The notes: generated by a model not told the origin, from the letters alone. A stretch of DNA of 64,000 nt from Camelus ferus (GCF_009834535.1 NC_045697.1:13890001-13954000), one strand, 5' to 3'. Counted from the stretch's first letter, positions 38,476 through 52,444 are shown. Made by a program: numbers and translations.

Positions 38476-38599
38476 AGGAGAGAGCCTAGGAGGAAGGAGT
38501 GAAGGTGACTTCCACTGGGGGAAGGACTCTCTTCCTTCATGGCGTTGCGCTGAAGATCCAAGCCCCCAGGCTTGGTGGGCCTGAGTCTTGCATTCCCCC

Positions 38600-39075
38600 C
38601 TCACTCTTCAGCTTCATCCTGCTTCTTTTACCCTCCTTTCTTCTGGCTGCTCAGCTGTATGGACAAATGCAGTTCCCGGGATAATACTTGCTTTTTGCTT
38701 CCACAGGGCCTTTGCATATGCAGATTCCCAAGCCTATTCTTCCGCAGACTCAGGCCCCTGCTGCTTTCCTGTACCCAGTTATTGTCCCCTCGTGGTCCAT
38801 AGAAATCCTGGTTCACTTTGTGTAGAGCCTTCATATTCCAGTTCAAACACCCCTTCCACGATGCTCCAGGTTAAATCATCTTCTCTTCACACCTCCCCAT
38901 ACTGTAAGCATATAGTTTGCAAATGCAGGCCTATCTGTATGGTTATTGTATGAATACTCGTTCTTTACTGGAGCTTCTTGAAACCAGGGCCTGGGTTTTT
39001 ACTGATTATTGTTTCCCTAAAGCCTGGTGAGTATCTGGCATCTCCTAGGTGCTCAGTAAATGTGTGTTGAGTGAT
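38600..39075 (+). mobile_element. L2 fragment including 3' end
   Basis: ccacagggcctttgcatatgc...gagcttcttgaaaccagggcctggg...gtatctggcatctcctaggtgctcagtaaatgtgtgttgagtga. Confidence 0.7.
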
Positions 39076-40504
39076 TGCCCCAGGCATTGTCTTGTCAGTC
39101 TATTGCCATGTGTTTTCCATAAATGATGATTATGATTTATAGAGGAAAGGTTAGTGTTTTGTATTAGTTCCTCATTTTTCCCCTTATATCTTTTCTCACA
39201 ATAACCTAAATACTGGAAAATTGTAAAGTCTTCAGGACCAGCCACTTCTTCCCTGCCTCAGATCTGTTTCATCATTTCCTTGTCTTATTTTAGGGTTCAG
39301 CATAGAGATTCCCCTCACTGGGCTTCACTTCACTCAAGGCTGGATGATACATCCCTCATCTGAGTGACCGCAGCACCCTGTCCTGTTAATGTAGTTATTA
39401 CTTCTCTGTTCTTCTCATCTGTCTCTTGGTCGAGCTGAAAAGTAGGCTGAATCTAGTCTAAGATGTTTGCCCTTTCCTCAGAACAGTACTTGGCATAGTA
39501 CATACCAGAGATATTTTTCCAAATGACTGAATGCATATCTTGCACTTGTATGATATTCCCCAGAGAGCAAAATCATTCCCAGAAAAGCATTTAGTAAACA
39601 GTTGTAATTTAATTCAGTGTCTTCAGGGTGGCACGTGCATCCTTTAGGGATTGCTTAAAATAATCTCCTTTTAGTGATCTTAAAAATTACAGTGCATGTT
39701 GCACATACAAGTGCCTGGCTGGGAAGGAGAATGGGAGATGAAATTCAGCCTGTCTTTGGCTCACTAGGCTGTTTTTGCCCCTGAGATGCCGTCTTTACAA
39801 TTTTTTCACAGAGATGCTGTACGTGATAGTATGGCTCTAGATATAGAGAGAAAATTTTAGAATTTTGTATTTCAATTTTTCTCTCAACTTTGAAAACTCT
39901 CTGCTTTGTCTGTATTTTAAATATTCATAGTGCAGTGGTACTGGCATACTAATTTATAAATACATGAATAAATTATAAATGGTGGGGATTGATGCTCAAA
40001 ACCTGTACTGATGATAATACATGATGAGAGCAATTATGGAGAACTTGGATTTAACTTATAATTGCAGTGTCATGGCAGTTTCCAAGTTGATTTGCAGCTT
40101 TTTCCTGATGTCATTTTCAGATGCCTTAAGAAAGGTCAGCCTAGGGTCAGGACATCCTGGCCATCGCCTGCGTCACTTTGCGTATGCGTATGTGTGTATG
40201 TGCGAATTGAGTGTCTCCCTTGCTCCCATGATTGTGCCGAAGAAGAGAGTGGATGGACTGTGGCTAAAGGGTTTGTCTTCAGGCTTTGATCAGCTCTATC
40301 CCAATGCATTCCTTTTTGGGAAAGCAGATAACACTGATTTTAAGACTTACGAGCCGATTCCCTTTTCAGGTGACTATGATGAGCCTTCTCGTCCCCATTT
40401 ATTGGCGTACTCTAAATCTTTAGATGTAAAACAACTGTTTCATTTCGTCTCTGCCTCTGGCATATGATACTAATGAATGCCTGGTAGGTTTCTGGACACA
40501 AAAT

Positions 40505-40690
40505 GGACAAGTATGTTTGGATTCAGAATATCTTAACTGGAATCATGGTCCAGCCACTTTATAAAGGTGTGATATGGACAAAATAATTAACCACTCTGAG
40601 CTTCGGCTTCTTTCTCTGTAAGATGAAAATAATGATTGGTTCACAGATTTATTCTAAGGAATCAGTATAATGCGTAAATATGCCATGAAA
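40505..40690 (+). mobile_element. MIR SINE
   Basis: ggaatcatggtccagccactt...tgtgatatggacaaaataattaaccactctgagcttcggcttctttctctgtaagatgaaaataat. Confidence 0.7.
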
Positions 40691-41829
40691 CAGACACTGC
40701 TCATAGACTCTGCATTTTGAGCATGCTAACTGCAGAATCCTTCTTCATATTTATTAGCAGTGCTAGAATCACAGCTGTTTGCCTGTGAGGTCTGATGTGA
40801 TGCTTGCTTTAAAATAAAAGTTTTGTTCCTTCTTTATTTTAAACTAGTTAAAGTGTGGCTAGTTGGTTAGATGACTGGCTAATGGGTTAATCTGTTTTCT
40901 GAAGAAATGACAACCTGCTGGCCTTTCCTGGGGTCTACTCCAAGCAGCCGTGTTGCGGGGTGAGTTGTGGCGCAGTGATGGAGCTTTCATCAGTGCCCTG
41001 AATACCATTGAGTCATGGGTGCTACTAGGCTCTAGGGGAGTAAAAATCACCTCCGACTGCAGTACCCAGGAAGGCAACAAAGAGATTCCATTTTAAGTGG
41101 ATTTCTATATTTTCCAAAAGCCTAAGAGGGGAAGAAAGCATCCATATAGAGAGATAACATAAGTTGAAATGGTTAAAAGTTATGTTTATTAAATGAGAAA
41201 AAATCCTTACGTTTGTGGTACAGGATTAAGGAGAGGCAATCGAGAAATAGCAAGTGAGACCCTTTGAAAGGCTCTGAAATGCTGGGCTGAAGACTTCATT
41301 TGGATTTTATTTGGCAGGGTCATCGGATCGAGATAATTTTCTGGGATGATTATGACTGTAAATTGAAGTAAAGAAAGACTTGAACCCTGGAGACCAGTTG
41401 CAGAAATAACGCTGTGGTCCAGCGTCCTAATTCAGGCTGATCCTGTCAGGAAAAGAGAGGGATGTATAAAGAGCTGTGTGCAGTGACATTGCACAGGTGT
41501 TGTAGAGCATGATGGTTTTAGATAGACAACAAGATTTTTAAAAATTTAAGCGAAGCCTATATAAACAACAAAGAAACCTAATTCCCAAAGCATTTAGATG
41601 AATTAAGATACGAATGATCATCAAGTGACGTTCTTAACCTAGAGCAGTGTGAAATAGAATCATGAAAGGAAGAGCACTACTCTTGTTTCAGGATTTGGAA
41701 CCACTTCTTACCTCTTTTACTGACACACATACCCTGGTTCCCTTATTCTGTTGTTGAAAGTAGAGGCATCGATGTATCAGCGTGGCTTTCATTTTCATAT
41801 CAGAGTGAAAGAACGTATATCCCCATGCT

Positions 41830-41975
41830 GGAAAGGACCTTAGAGACTTAAGTGAAGGAACTGGTGCCAGAGATGTTGTGTGACCTGCCCAAGGCTGCCC
41901 AGCCTGTGGAGGAGTCTTCGCTGTGGCTCAAGGGTCCAGGCTCCCCAAGTAGAGAGTCCGTGCTCTCTGGTCTAC
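41830..41975 (-). mobile_element. MIR-family fragment
   Basis: ctggaaaggaccttagaga...aggaactggtgccagagatgttgtgtgacctgcccaaggctgcccagc. Confidence 0.55.
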
Positions 41976-44900
41976 ACCTGCTCCAGGAATCCAGATCCAT
42001 TTTCCTTCTCTTTTCTTACCATTTCACACTGTTTGCATTTTGTTGTTATTCAAAGGTACTTACCTGAAATTCACAGAAATGTACATGCTACTTATTATTA
42101 TTATTACTATCTTCAGAAGGTACCCACCTGTTAAGGGTGCTATGCTAGGCTCTGTATTAAGCCAGGTAAATATACACAAAGGCCTTAGCCCCCACTGAGT
42201 CTCATATTTCATACACTGGGGTTTGTATCCTGAGGCCACTGGAGTAATGTGTAAGTATCAGTTTTCTCCCATAAATTCTCCATTCTCAGATGATTTTTTG
42301 CTTTGTTTTGTTTTGAATTCTGGCTGATAGTTTGGGTTCTAAGGAAGAGGAAAAAGAAATTCACATGTTTTTCTTTTGCAATATGCTATATATAGATTTT
42401 TAATTTATGCACGTTGACATTCTTTCTAGAAGAGCTGTTAGTGTACCTTTATCCTAGTTTGCAGGTGAGAAAGCTGAAAGTTGACTAGCCTAGCTGCTAA
42501 AGAGAAAAACCGTGATTGGAATTCATATCTTCTCTGACCCATAAAATAGGTCATCTCATCTTGAGAAGTGACATCCTAGTACTGACACTGGCAAATGGAA
42601 AGACAGAAAAACACTGAGGATATTAAAAGGCCTGAATGGTATATCATACGAGAATCAGTTGAAGAAACTTGAGATGTTTGGAAGAAAGAGATAGTCTAAG
42701 TGATACTTAACCAAACTTTCTAAAACATCTGAGGTATTATCCTCTCAAAGAAGTGTGAACGCTAGATAGCTCAAAAAGACCAGAGTAATTTGGCAATGGA
42801 ATTGTTTGCCTCAGAGTCTTTGCAGAGGGCTTAGGGCCAGATACCCGGCACTGCTCCACTGTTGGGAAGATTGCACAAGAATGTGTCTTAAACGTTTCTC
42901 ATTTTAATTTTTCTGTCACTGACTTCCATTTAAAAATGAATTTGATACAAAATGACAATACATACCAGCGATTGACCATAATTTCTCTGAATCAAGGATG
43001 ACAAGGAGCCCCCCACTCTGGAAGGCTCCCTGAGGACCCTCTCTGAAACACTGTGTATGCAATAATCTTAATTTGAAAATCCCTGGGGTAAATAATTTCT
43101 GATTTCCATTTGAATGGCAACATATTCATTTAACTTTAATTTAGAACAAGGTCAGTTTGTATGATTGATTCCTGATTTGTACATGACTTTTGGGGGAAAT
43201 TCTCACATAGATTTGTACCTGAGCAGAAAATATGTCAGTATCTTAATAGCTAGTCAATGCAACTCACTATGTTCATTGCCAATTAAATCCAGTCCTCATC
43301 CTACCCACCTTGAAAGGTATTTGAGCTGCCTAAGAAGCTATTTAACCCAATAAAATGAAATAGAACAAAACAAAATATTGTATTATTTTCAGGATTTTAA
43401 AAAGGTGTCTTCGAACATTCTGTACTCAATGATCTTTTTCTTCTAAAAATCTTAAATCTATGCTCAATGAGAAGGTGTAATTATAAGTAAATCTACCTAA
43501 ATTTATAGGCTTGATTTTTCTTAACAGACCACTTTCGAAAAGAAAGTAAGATGGAGAGTAAGGAAGGACAGATATTATTAAATAAAGTGTTAGAAGAGTT
43601 ACATGCTCAAATTATTATGTTCTTTGATACAGAATGTTCTAGAGTAAACTACATTTTCACTTTATTTGTATGGTGATCTGTGTCATACTTGGAATCTATC
43701 AAATCTAAGAAAATGTCTAGGAAACAGTGGTACGTTCAAACAAGTTTTCTACTGATTGTTGTCCACTGACCTTTCACATACTGTAGACGTTCTAGAAATA
43801 CTAGCAACCCAAACAACTGTCCATGAATTACCTCTTGTTATGCTTATGAGAACAGACTGGTGAGACCGCTCATATTCTCTCACTTTGAACACAGATATTA
43901 GTTAACTTATTGCTTATTTTATTACTCCATCTACTTAATAATAATGTCAAATGTTTAAAAAGATGTGGAAAGTGGAATTGTGCATTAAACAAGGAGAATA
44001 AAACCAAAAATAAGCCAGCGACCTGAACTGGAAACAAGTTAAAAAATGTAATTTTTCAGTTGCACAAAAGTTACCATGGCATTACCTTTCCTTTTGTGTC
44101 TGCTGGTGATTTAATTTAATAGTTTTAGAAAAAATGTCTATTGCTGTGTTTGAAAATTCTAATTACAGAGATTGGTAAAGAAATTTCCAAGTACAAGGAG
44201 TATTTGTAGAGAACTGGTAAAACTGACAAGTGATTGACAGGTAAACAACCCCACCGTGCCCTTATATTCCATCCTGTGATGCTAGACTATAGATACTCTG
44301 TAAGCCCCAGGAAGTTACCACCATCCTATTTTTATTAAATGCTTGGCTTCATGGATGTAAACAATATTTTGCATTAGCTGCCTCAATAAGTTGCTTTCTT
44401 TTCGTGTTACTGCATCATCTTTCGTCACTGTGGTGGGATAGCTGTGAAATGAAAGAATGGAAACTTTCCTTTCATATGTTTAACTGAATTTAAACTCTGA
44501 AAAGGAAAGCAAAGTGCAAATTTCATCAAATAGATTGAAACCACCTAAACGTGAATGAATGGGATAGCTTTTCCAACTTGAAATTTTCTGTTTATGACTT
44601 ACCAGTGTCTGAGTGAAATTGCGCTTTCTTCTCTGCTAATGCAAAGGTGACGGCTCAGCGTGTATACACAGCATTATGTTATGTGCAATCAGAAGCTGTT
44701 GTAATTGTCCTTGAAAGCAGTTTGCTGTTGATATATCTTGATTTTCAGAGTGCCACTTTTTTTTCTCTTGGATCAAGGCTTTCTTTCGCTGCTTCTTTAC
44801 ATATAGTTTTCTTAATTCATATGCATTTCTTAACTGTGTTTCTTCTCATTTTTAAAAAAAAATCCTCATTACTGCCTGCTTTGATAAAAGATTTTGAAGT

Positions 44901-47900
44901 AGTTAAATTTTATTATGATACTTTTAAAATGGTTCACATTTTTTGTAATAAATTCAAAAGTGTAAGATTTATCTGAAGTAAAACTTTTATGTTTTCCTGA
45001 TTTTTCAAGTTTGGAAAAAATTCTTCTCTTTGTAACATTTTTATATTTCTAAAATGTTCAAGTGATTGCCTCAGAGTTTGGAGACAAAATAGTCTTTTTT
45101 TTTTTTCTCCTTGTACTTGAATGCTAAGAACTTGGATGTTTTAAATGAGTTATTTGCCAGCAGATGACGATTCATTCCAGATAAAAGAGAAACCAAGGAC
45201 AGTAGAATCTGTGTTTGCTAACCAGCAAAATCTGGAAAATCGCATTTTTGAGATTCCCCAGGCAAAACTGTCGATCTAAGAAATGTCAATAGGACTCACT
45301 GAAGTAGGGTAGGGTGAATACGGTGGACTTAGGTCAAGGTTGCTAGAGATTTAGTATGTATTCTTATTGCTAATTTTTAAAATCCCGTAGGGTTTTTGCA
45401 AACAAAAATTATATACCTGTGTAAATCATGGAATTTTCATTCCTTTGCCAGATTGTGAAGGAAAAGTGGGAGGTAAATAAAAAAAGGTCAACATGAATTG
45501 ACTCCAAGTCAACTGTAATCTATATCCTGTCTTGCTAATATATCTCATAACAAAAATGTTTTGTATCAGTATATTCCAAATGTTTGTAAGTTATTTAGAA
45601 CTTGGAACATGTTTTCCCATAGAAACAATGTTGTAAATATTGGTTCAGTTCCCAGGCCAGTACATCCAGCCTATTTAATCCATATGTATCTAAGATACAG
45701 TACCAATGTTTGCTTGAGTCCTGGGTCCTAAAGGCGTATGTGCAGAAAAGAGTGCCGTGATGGGCATTTTCTCTCAACTTTTCAGAGGGCATATGGTCCT
45801 ATAGGAGTTTTCAGGAGAAACTATTTTTGGTATTCGTCCCCGTGGTCTGCTTATTCAGTGTCCTAGAGTCCTCCTGTGAATTTATACTAAGGCAGGGACC
45901 ACAAGGTGTGATCTCAACTGACCTTTCAAAGGAAAGCAATCAGCTTTGCTGTATGTAATGGCATTTTGACATTTTTTATTGTTCTGGACGCTTTGATAAG
46001 GCCTATTAATCTCAACTTTCTAAATGACCAGATTTTAAGAAAAATAAGATAAAGTTAAAAAAATTATAAAGTATGAAAAAAGACAACTGGGGTATGACAA
46101 AGACATCTTCATATGTTGCTGGGTACTTAAGGTCTTAGTGCTTCGTTGTGATTTTTAATTGCTTTCCATTTTGTCCCCCCTTGAAAATGCCTCATTTCTG
46201 TCAAAACTTGGTAGTTTTTACGGCAGCCCTCAGAGCCTTTGTTGAGGTGAGCCAATGTCAGGGGGAGGTTGGTATAAAATCTTAGTTTACAAATTGGGAA
46301 CTGTAATTTATCACATTATTTTTCAATGATGTAAAATTGCTATTATTCACAGTTGTAATTTTACATTTATTTTAGTGGCTTTGTGAAATGGGTTTTCCCC
46401 ACTATCCTACATTCAAAAGCAAGAAGGGATTTTATTGTTTTTGTTCTCTTTGCTCTGTATTAATTCCCGCTACTGCCCCTCCATTTGTTCCCAGGCTGGG
46501 GCAGGCAGGTTAAAGACAGCCCACCTGATCGCTGAATCATAACAGCCATTCTCAAGGCATGTAGGTGTTTCTTAAGAGATGTAAGCTTCTGCATTGCTTT
46601 GAGCAGTAAGAACATACACACTTGAAAAAAAATTCTTTCTAATGCATATATGTATCAACAAGGGTAAAAACAGATTTTATTACCAGAACATTATTTCAGG
46701 TAACATTTTTAGTAAGGAGCGATTGTTTTATTTTCTTGTGTGTTTAGTTCAAAGGTTGATGACATACGTTTTTTAGATGACAGAAGAAGACAATAACATT
46801 CATGAAATTATACACCTCATTTGGGCATTTCATTTCACTAAGTTGAAAATTGATTCCAGTTTTCTTCAGTAAGAATATGCTGATTTTCATGGTATCTTTT
46901 TATCCAGAAAAAAATAAAAATAATTAAATAAAATTTATAAAAAACTTAGATATCCAGTGTGCTTGTCGGTCTTCGATTTTGTTTACATTGTTCATTTTGA
47001 TTTTTTTTTTTTTAAAGATCTGATATGTGATCGTCAAAAATGTGGACTTTTCAGGCCCAACAGGAGGAGCCAATTCCACATTCTGTGGAGGTTGCTTGGC
47101 GTTATTGCTGTTACCCATTTGTCAAAGCTGAAAACACTTCCTTTGGCTCCTCTTGCCCATCTGCAGGACCGCATAACAGATAATCAGTAAAAATGATGCA
47201 GTATTTTGTACTAATTATCTTAGTCTGTAATTCTAAATTTATTAATCTAAAATGGTCATGCCTAGAAAAGTTTGAAATAAAATGTCTATTTTCAGGTGTA
47301 TGATATTTTTATTCAAGGTAAAGGTAATCTTACAATTTTTTCACAGTAAAAATCAATGTAGAAAATATAGAACATTTTAATGCTTACAAAAATCCTTTAG
47401 ATACAGCACGTTATGATTAGGTTAATAAAGATGGATAATATCTTTTCTGCTTTTTAAACTAATCAAATTTATAAAATAATTAAAGCCATACAAGTCTATT
47501 ATATGGATTTATTTTTAAAAAACCACATATCTTGCTTTCTTTAAAATAATGTTTTTTGACAAAGTTCAAGGTACCACAATGAATCATTTAGGGTGGTACT
47601 GAATTTCCATAATTGTTTGGTTCTGTGTTCTATTCTTGAGAAAGAAAGTGGAATGGTTTTACGTATTTGTATTGCTTAGGCTAGACTGAGTCATAAGACA
47701 TGCTCAGAGATTAGAAAACTTTTCAGTCTGATTGTAACAAAAGGCATGGAATTATATTGTGCAAGGGCATTGTTTTCACCATTTAGAATACACATTATTT
47801 CATAATTTTCTGTGCTATATTTTTTGAAATCTTCATTCGTTAGCTAGCTACATGTACATGTATGTCCAAGGTTATAACATATGATGGATATAGTCAAGTT

Positions 47901-49714
47901 GTCTCACATTTAGATGCCTGCAAGCACACATATACACATACAAATACATATCCTTTGTGTTTTCAACTGTAGTAAAACTTTGGTCTTCATTCTCCTGTGT
48001 ATTCAGTGACTGACAGTGATGGATGTATATTATGTACTAAACACCTAATTAATGATTAATTGCTTATTTTAAATTTCAGTGGAAATAAATCTCCAGCATT
48101 GGTTCTAGCAAAAGAGGAAATATACATTTTTTTTTTTCCTTTATGAAGCTCTTTCTTTATCCTTTGTTTTTTTCTTTGTACTTAGTTTCTGTGGTGCTTA
48201 GAGCTTCACTGGTAAATCATCATGCTACTAGGAGCCTAAAATAGAAAGACTTAGTGAATTTGCAGTTTAAAAAAAGTTGAATCTGCTACATACACTTTTC
48301 TGATTAAAAGATTAATCTCATTAGTCTTTGGTTTCCCTCAACATATACTACAGTGTTTGCCACTTAGTACATACTTTGTGAAAATATGGGTGAATGAATG
48401 AATGAGTGGGTGAATTCTTCCTGGCTACGGGACCTCGGGCAGTATATTTATCTGCTTTCTCGTATTTGAAATGAGATGCTCACTCCCTTGTTTGTTCACA
48501 AGGTTGTTGGGATACCTCCAAAAATTATAAATATTGTATAGTTACGAACTTAGGAATAATGATTAACAGTATGCTTTTATAATTGAGAATATTGGTTATT
48601 TTGGATGTATTTCTGTTACAGTCTTAAGAAAATTTCAATATAAGAATGTCTTTTATTTTGTAGTGTGGCAGTGAATCATGCATATAGGAATGGCCAAGGA
48701 GATTCACATTTGCTGAAGGGAGATCCCTGTTATATCCAATTATCCTTTAGTTCTTCACTCCTCAGAATGTCATTTTGCCCCAGTAGCCACACATTGATGG
48801 GGCATGCTAACTCTTTTTTTGTGTCTGCTACTTATGTAACATTAGTTCCAGACTCTCTACTTTTAAGTGAAGTGCTAGGTAGTTAAATCCTCATGTCATG
48901 AATTCTAATTCCCTAGTAGAGCTAAGGAAGAGAACTCTATTGAAACATGTCCCAAATAACATTTCTTTTAAACTGATGAGAGTATTTTGATTATTGAAAT
49001 ATTAGTAGGGATGATGTAGTTTCATTTGTAAATAAGCTCTGAGATTTTAAAAAAAATTGTTAAAGAAGACTATTTTAGAATAATCCTATCCCTCATGAGA
49101 GAAGTTGTCCTGACAACAGTACCACTTATAATTAGAAATGATGAATATTTTATTTCTCAAAGGAAAATTCTCCCTCAGTATGCATGACAGTGATTGGGCT
49201 AAATGTTCAGCAGGCTCAATCATTTCTAATGCAGAAAAAGATACACTGGATATCAACTTTTGGGCTCAGTAATACCAAGGCTTTGCAGTTCAGCTTAAGG
49301 AAAGGTTTTTCATATGCATATTCATATCTGTATTCCATGAGGTAAGAAAAGGAGATATTATTGACCTCATTTTACAGAAAGTTTCATGTCTAATAAGTGG
49401 CAAAAATAGAACTAGAGAAATGCAGAATAGTTTTTTTTTTCCTTTTCATCATTTTGCCAAAGGTGCAGAAGCACATGACACATTTCAGCCTTGTGCTTTC
49501 ACTCGTATCGTAGTCTATTTTTTTCTGTTCTAGAATTCATATCTTTTCAATTTGTAAAATTTTATTCTGAAGGACATGAATGAAGACTTAGCTCAAATTA
49601 AAATATCTACTGCAAACATCAGCCTTTTTATCAAGTGTTCAAGGTTTAAGTAAATGACTATTCACATTAAAAGGCAAGTTTCAAACTTCATTTTGTGCAG
49701 TCATTTGTTGCATC

Positions 49715-50020
49715 AGCGATCAGACGTTTATCCAGTGCCTACAACATGCCAGGCCATGTGGAATGTTCAGGTTACGTGAAACGGAGTCCCTAATGGAGGG
49801 ATGGAAGGACACACTAAACAAAGCAGAGGCCACTGTGCAATGGAATTGCTGTGTGATGTCAAGGATGGCATGTTCGTTCCAGAAGGGAACCACTTTGTGC
49901 AAGGAGGTTAAGCTGGGGCTGTAAAGCCCACTAGTGTGGTGAGAGTGTGAGAGACAAGAGCAAGTGATGGAGAATAAGGTGTAATGTTAAAGGGGGGTCT
50001 GACTCTAGAAGGCCTTGTGT
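49715..50020 (-). mobile_element. L2 fragment
   Basis: cagacgtttatccagtgcctacaacatgccaggcc...gactctagaaggccttgtgt. Confidence 0.5.
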
Positions 50021-50577
50021 TTTTAAAGCGAACATTTATCATCCGAGAAGGTCTATTACCGTGAACTCATGGCTTATTGAATTACACAATTTTGTATCTG
50101 ATTACGTGTGATATGGAGCTTGCAAGATACAAATTCACATTCTGTCATCATCTATATGACTATGTTAAAAGTGTATTCACTTATTGAATCTTATAACAGC
50201 ATTACAATTGAAGTTTACTATGAGGCACATTTTAACATTTATTCAAATGTTAGAGAGACTTACGAAAAATTCAATGGATGCAGCCTGGTGATAAATTTTA
50301 AATGGAGGTAGTGTTATATGGAATATTTTAGTTTTATAATGTGTAAGAGTTACTTTTAATACATAATCACTGTTTGGACTGTATTCATAAGAATGCAGAG
50401 TTTCATTCAGAGATGTTCAGTGGCCTGATTTGGAGAATTTACCTTTATCTTATCAGCACCCTTGGAAGTCAGACATTTTGCTTATTTCAAGGCATTCAAA
50501 CAAGGATTGAACCAAACTATAGTGGTTCTTTATGTTTACATTTCATTTGTTTATTTTTCACAGAAGAGAAATGTCTT

Positions 50578-51440
50578 TATTTTTTATTCTTTAAGCATCT
50601 TTATTGAGATACAGTTCACATACCATAAAATTTACCCATGTACAATTCAGTGGCTGTTGTATATTCACAGAATTGTGCAAGCTGACAAAGTCTAAGTTTA
50701 GAACATTTTCATCGTCTCAAAAAGAAACCCCATTCCTGTTAGCAGTCACTCCTCACTCCCTACCCCTCTGGCCTCAGGCAACCACTAATCTACTTTCTGT
50801 CTCTGTAGATTTGCCTATTCTGTACATTTCATATAAATAGAATAATACAATATGTGGTCTTTTGTGACTGGCTCTTTTTTACTTACTATTCTGTTTTCAA
50901 GGTCCATCCATGTTGTAGCATGTATTATTACTTCATTCTTTCTTATGGCTGAATAATATTCCATCATATGGCTATACCACATTTTATATATCTAATCACC
51001 AGTTGATGAACATTTCAGTTATTTCCACTTTTTGGCTATTGTGCCAAAAATATGAACTGTGCCATATGAACATTAATGCACAAGCTTTTGTGTGTACATG
51101 TTTTCATTTCTTTGAGGAAGACCCTGAGCTCAGAACATGTGGAGAGCACTCACTTACCCCCAAATTAAGTTGAACTGTGCGTGTTTAGGGAATGTAAAGC
51201 TCCATGTCATCAGGTTTCTGTTTGGGAATCTGTTTCTATGGCATCTGCTAGTCTTTGAGAGCTTCCAGGAGCAATCACCTCTGCTTCTTATAACCTTCCT
51301 GTGTCCCAGATCTGAGGCTCTAACCTGGACCCCGTCCTCCCATGTGAGGAGTGGAATTGCTGGGTCCTGTGGTAATATTATGTTTAACACTTTGAGAAAC
51401 TTCCGAATTGCTTTCTATTTTATGTTCCTACCATCCATGT
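50578..51440 (-). mobile_element. Old L1 (L1MB-like) 3' UTR, interrupted by a ~226 bp insertion at 51119-51344
   Basis: ctttattgagatacagttcacataccataaaatttaccc...ggcaaccactaatctactttctgtctctgtagatttgcctattctg...caaggtccatccatgttgtagcatg...atggctgaataatattcc...aggagtggaattgctgggtc. Confidence 0.92.
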
Positions 51441-51764
51441 ATGTGGGTTCCAATTCAGAAGAGAAATTTCTTTATTAGCCCCCATTTCTCTTTAGAACAT
51501 ATTTTATCTTGGAGAAGGCTCTGAGGTCAATTTAACACATGATTACAACTGTGATGATATTTTTATATCAAAAGTAGTGCATGAACGGCAGCACGTTTCA
51601 TAGAAATGAAAGAAATTATATGAGATACCCCTTCCTCTGCTTCCTCCCACATACCGAGCTGTAGTGAGAGTAGAAAATGCCAAGTTGTGTAACCACGAAC
51701 GTGGTGCCCACAGGGAGCCTGCTGTCCGTTGAAAGAACAAGCATACAGACCACAGTGGAACGGC

Positions 51765-52270
51765 ACCAGTACTGAGTTGGAGGGATGCTTGCAGTCTGTG
51801 GAAGCATATGTGTGTGATTCATTCTTTCTGTCTCTGTTGGAGCCTTAGAGAAAAGTAGGTGAGTGTGGCTCCAGAACGAAAATTGCATGTTCCTGGGGCT
51901 GAGACCGGGAAAGAGCATGCCAGCTACAAGGAAGGAAGACACAGAGCTACAAAAGAGAGGGAAGCTGAAGGGGAGCAGCAGAAGATGAACTTGGCAAGGC
52001 TGCAGGGTGTGGATCTCATCTAATTATCAGGGGCAGATAATGAGTATGCTCAAGCGGAGCTGTGGCAAATTGAAATCTGTAAGCTAGAAAAATAATTACA
52101 ATTAGAAGGGTGGATTTGAGGCACTAGGGGCATTTTTTTATTTATTTTCTGCTGCAGAGTTTTAGCTGTGAGGGCAGAGGGAGTATCTTGTTCAGTCTTG
52201 TGTCACCCACAGTTCTAACCACATGTATTCCTCACTACTACTCAATACATGTTTATTCACTGAATGAATG
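51765..52270. mobile_element. L2 fragments (minus 51765-52110; plus-strand 3' end 52150-52270)
   Basis: Purine-rich L2-like text followed by gtgagggcagagggagtatcttgttc...ctcaatacatgtttattcactgaatgaatg. Confidence 0.5.
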
Positions 52271-52444
52271 TTACTGTTCTTCCCCCTACCCTAAATTAAA
52301 AAGCACAAATAGATACTTCCAAAAAACTTAAAAAGAAAGAAAATAAAATAGAGAACTGGAGATTGAACTAAGGTGATGAAAATGGGTACTATAAATGTAT
52401 TGGGGGAATATTTGAATGGAGAATTCAAAGGAAGGAAGAGGAAT

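Noticed and set aside
40021..40467. 148-aa ATG-initiated ORF, the longest in the AT-rich introns
   Set aside because: No recognisable domain or supporting gene structure. One ORF of this size is plausible by chance in 60 kb.
42820..43090. Possible hAT DNA-transposon relic
   Set aside because: Only vague resemblance; I could not define terminal inverted repeats or a TSD.
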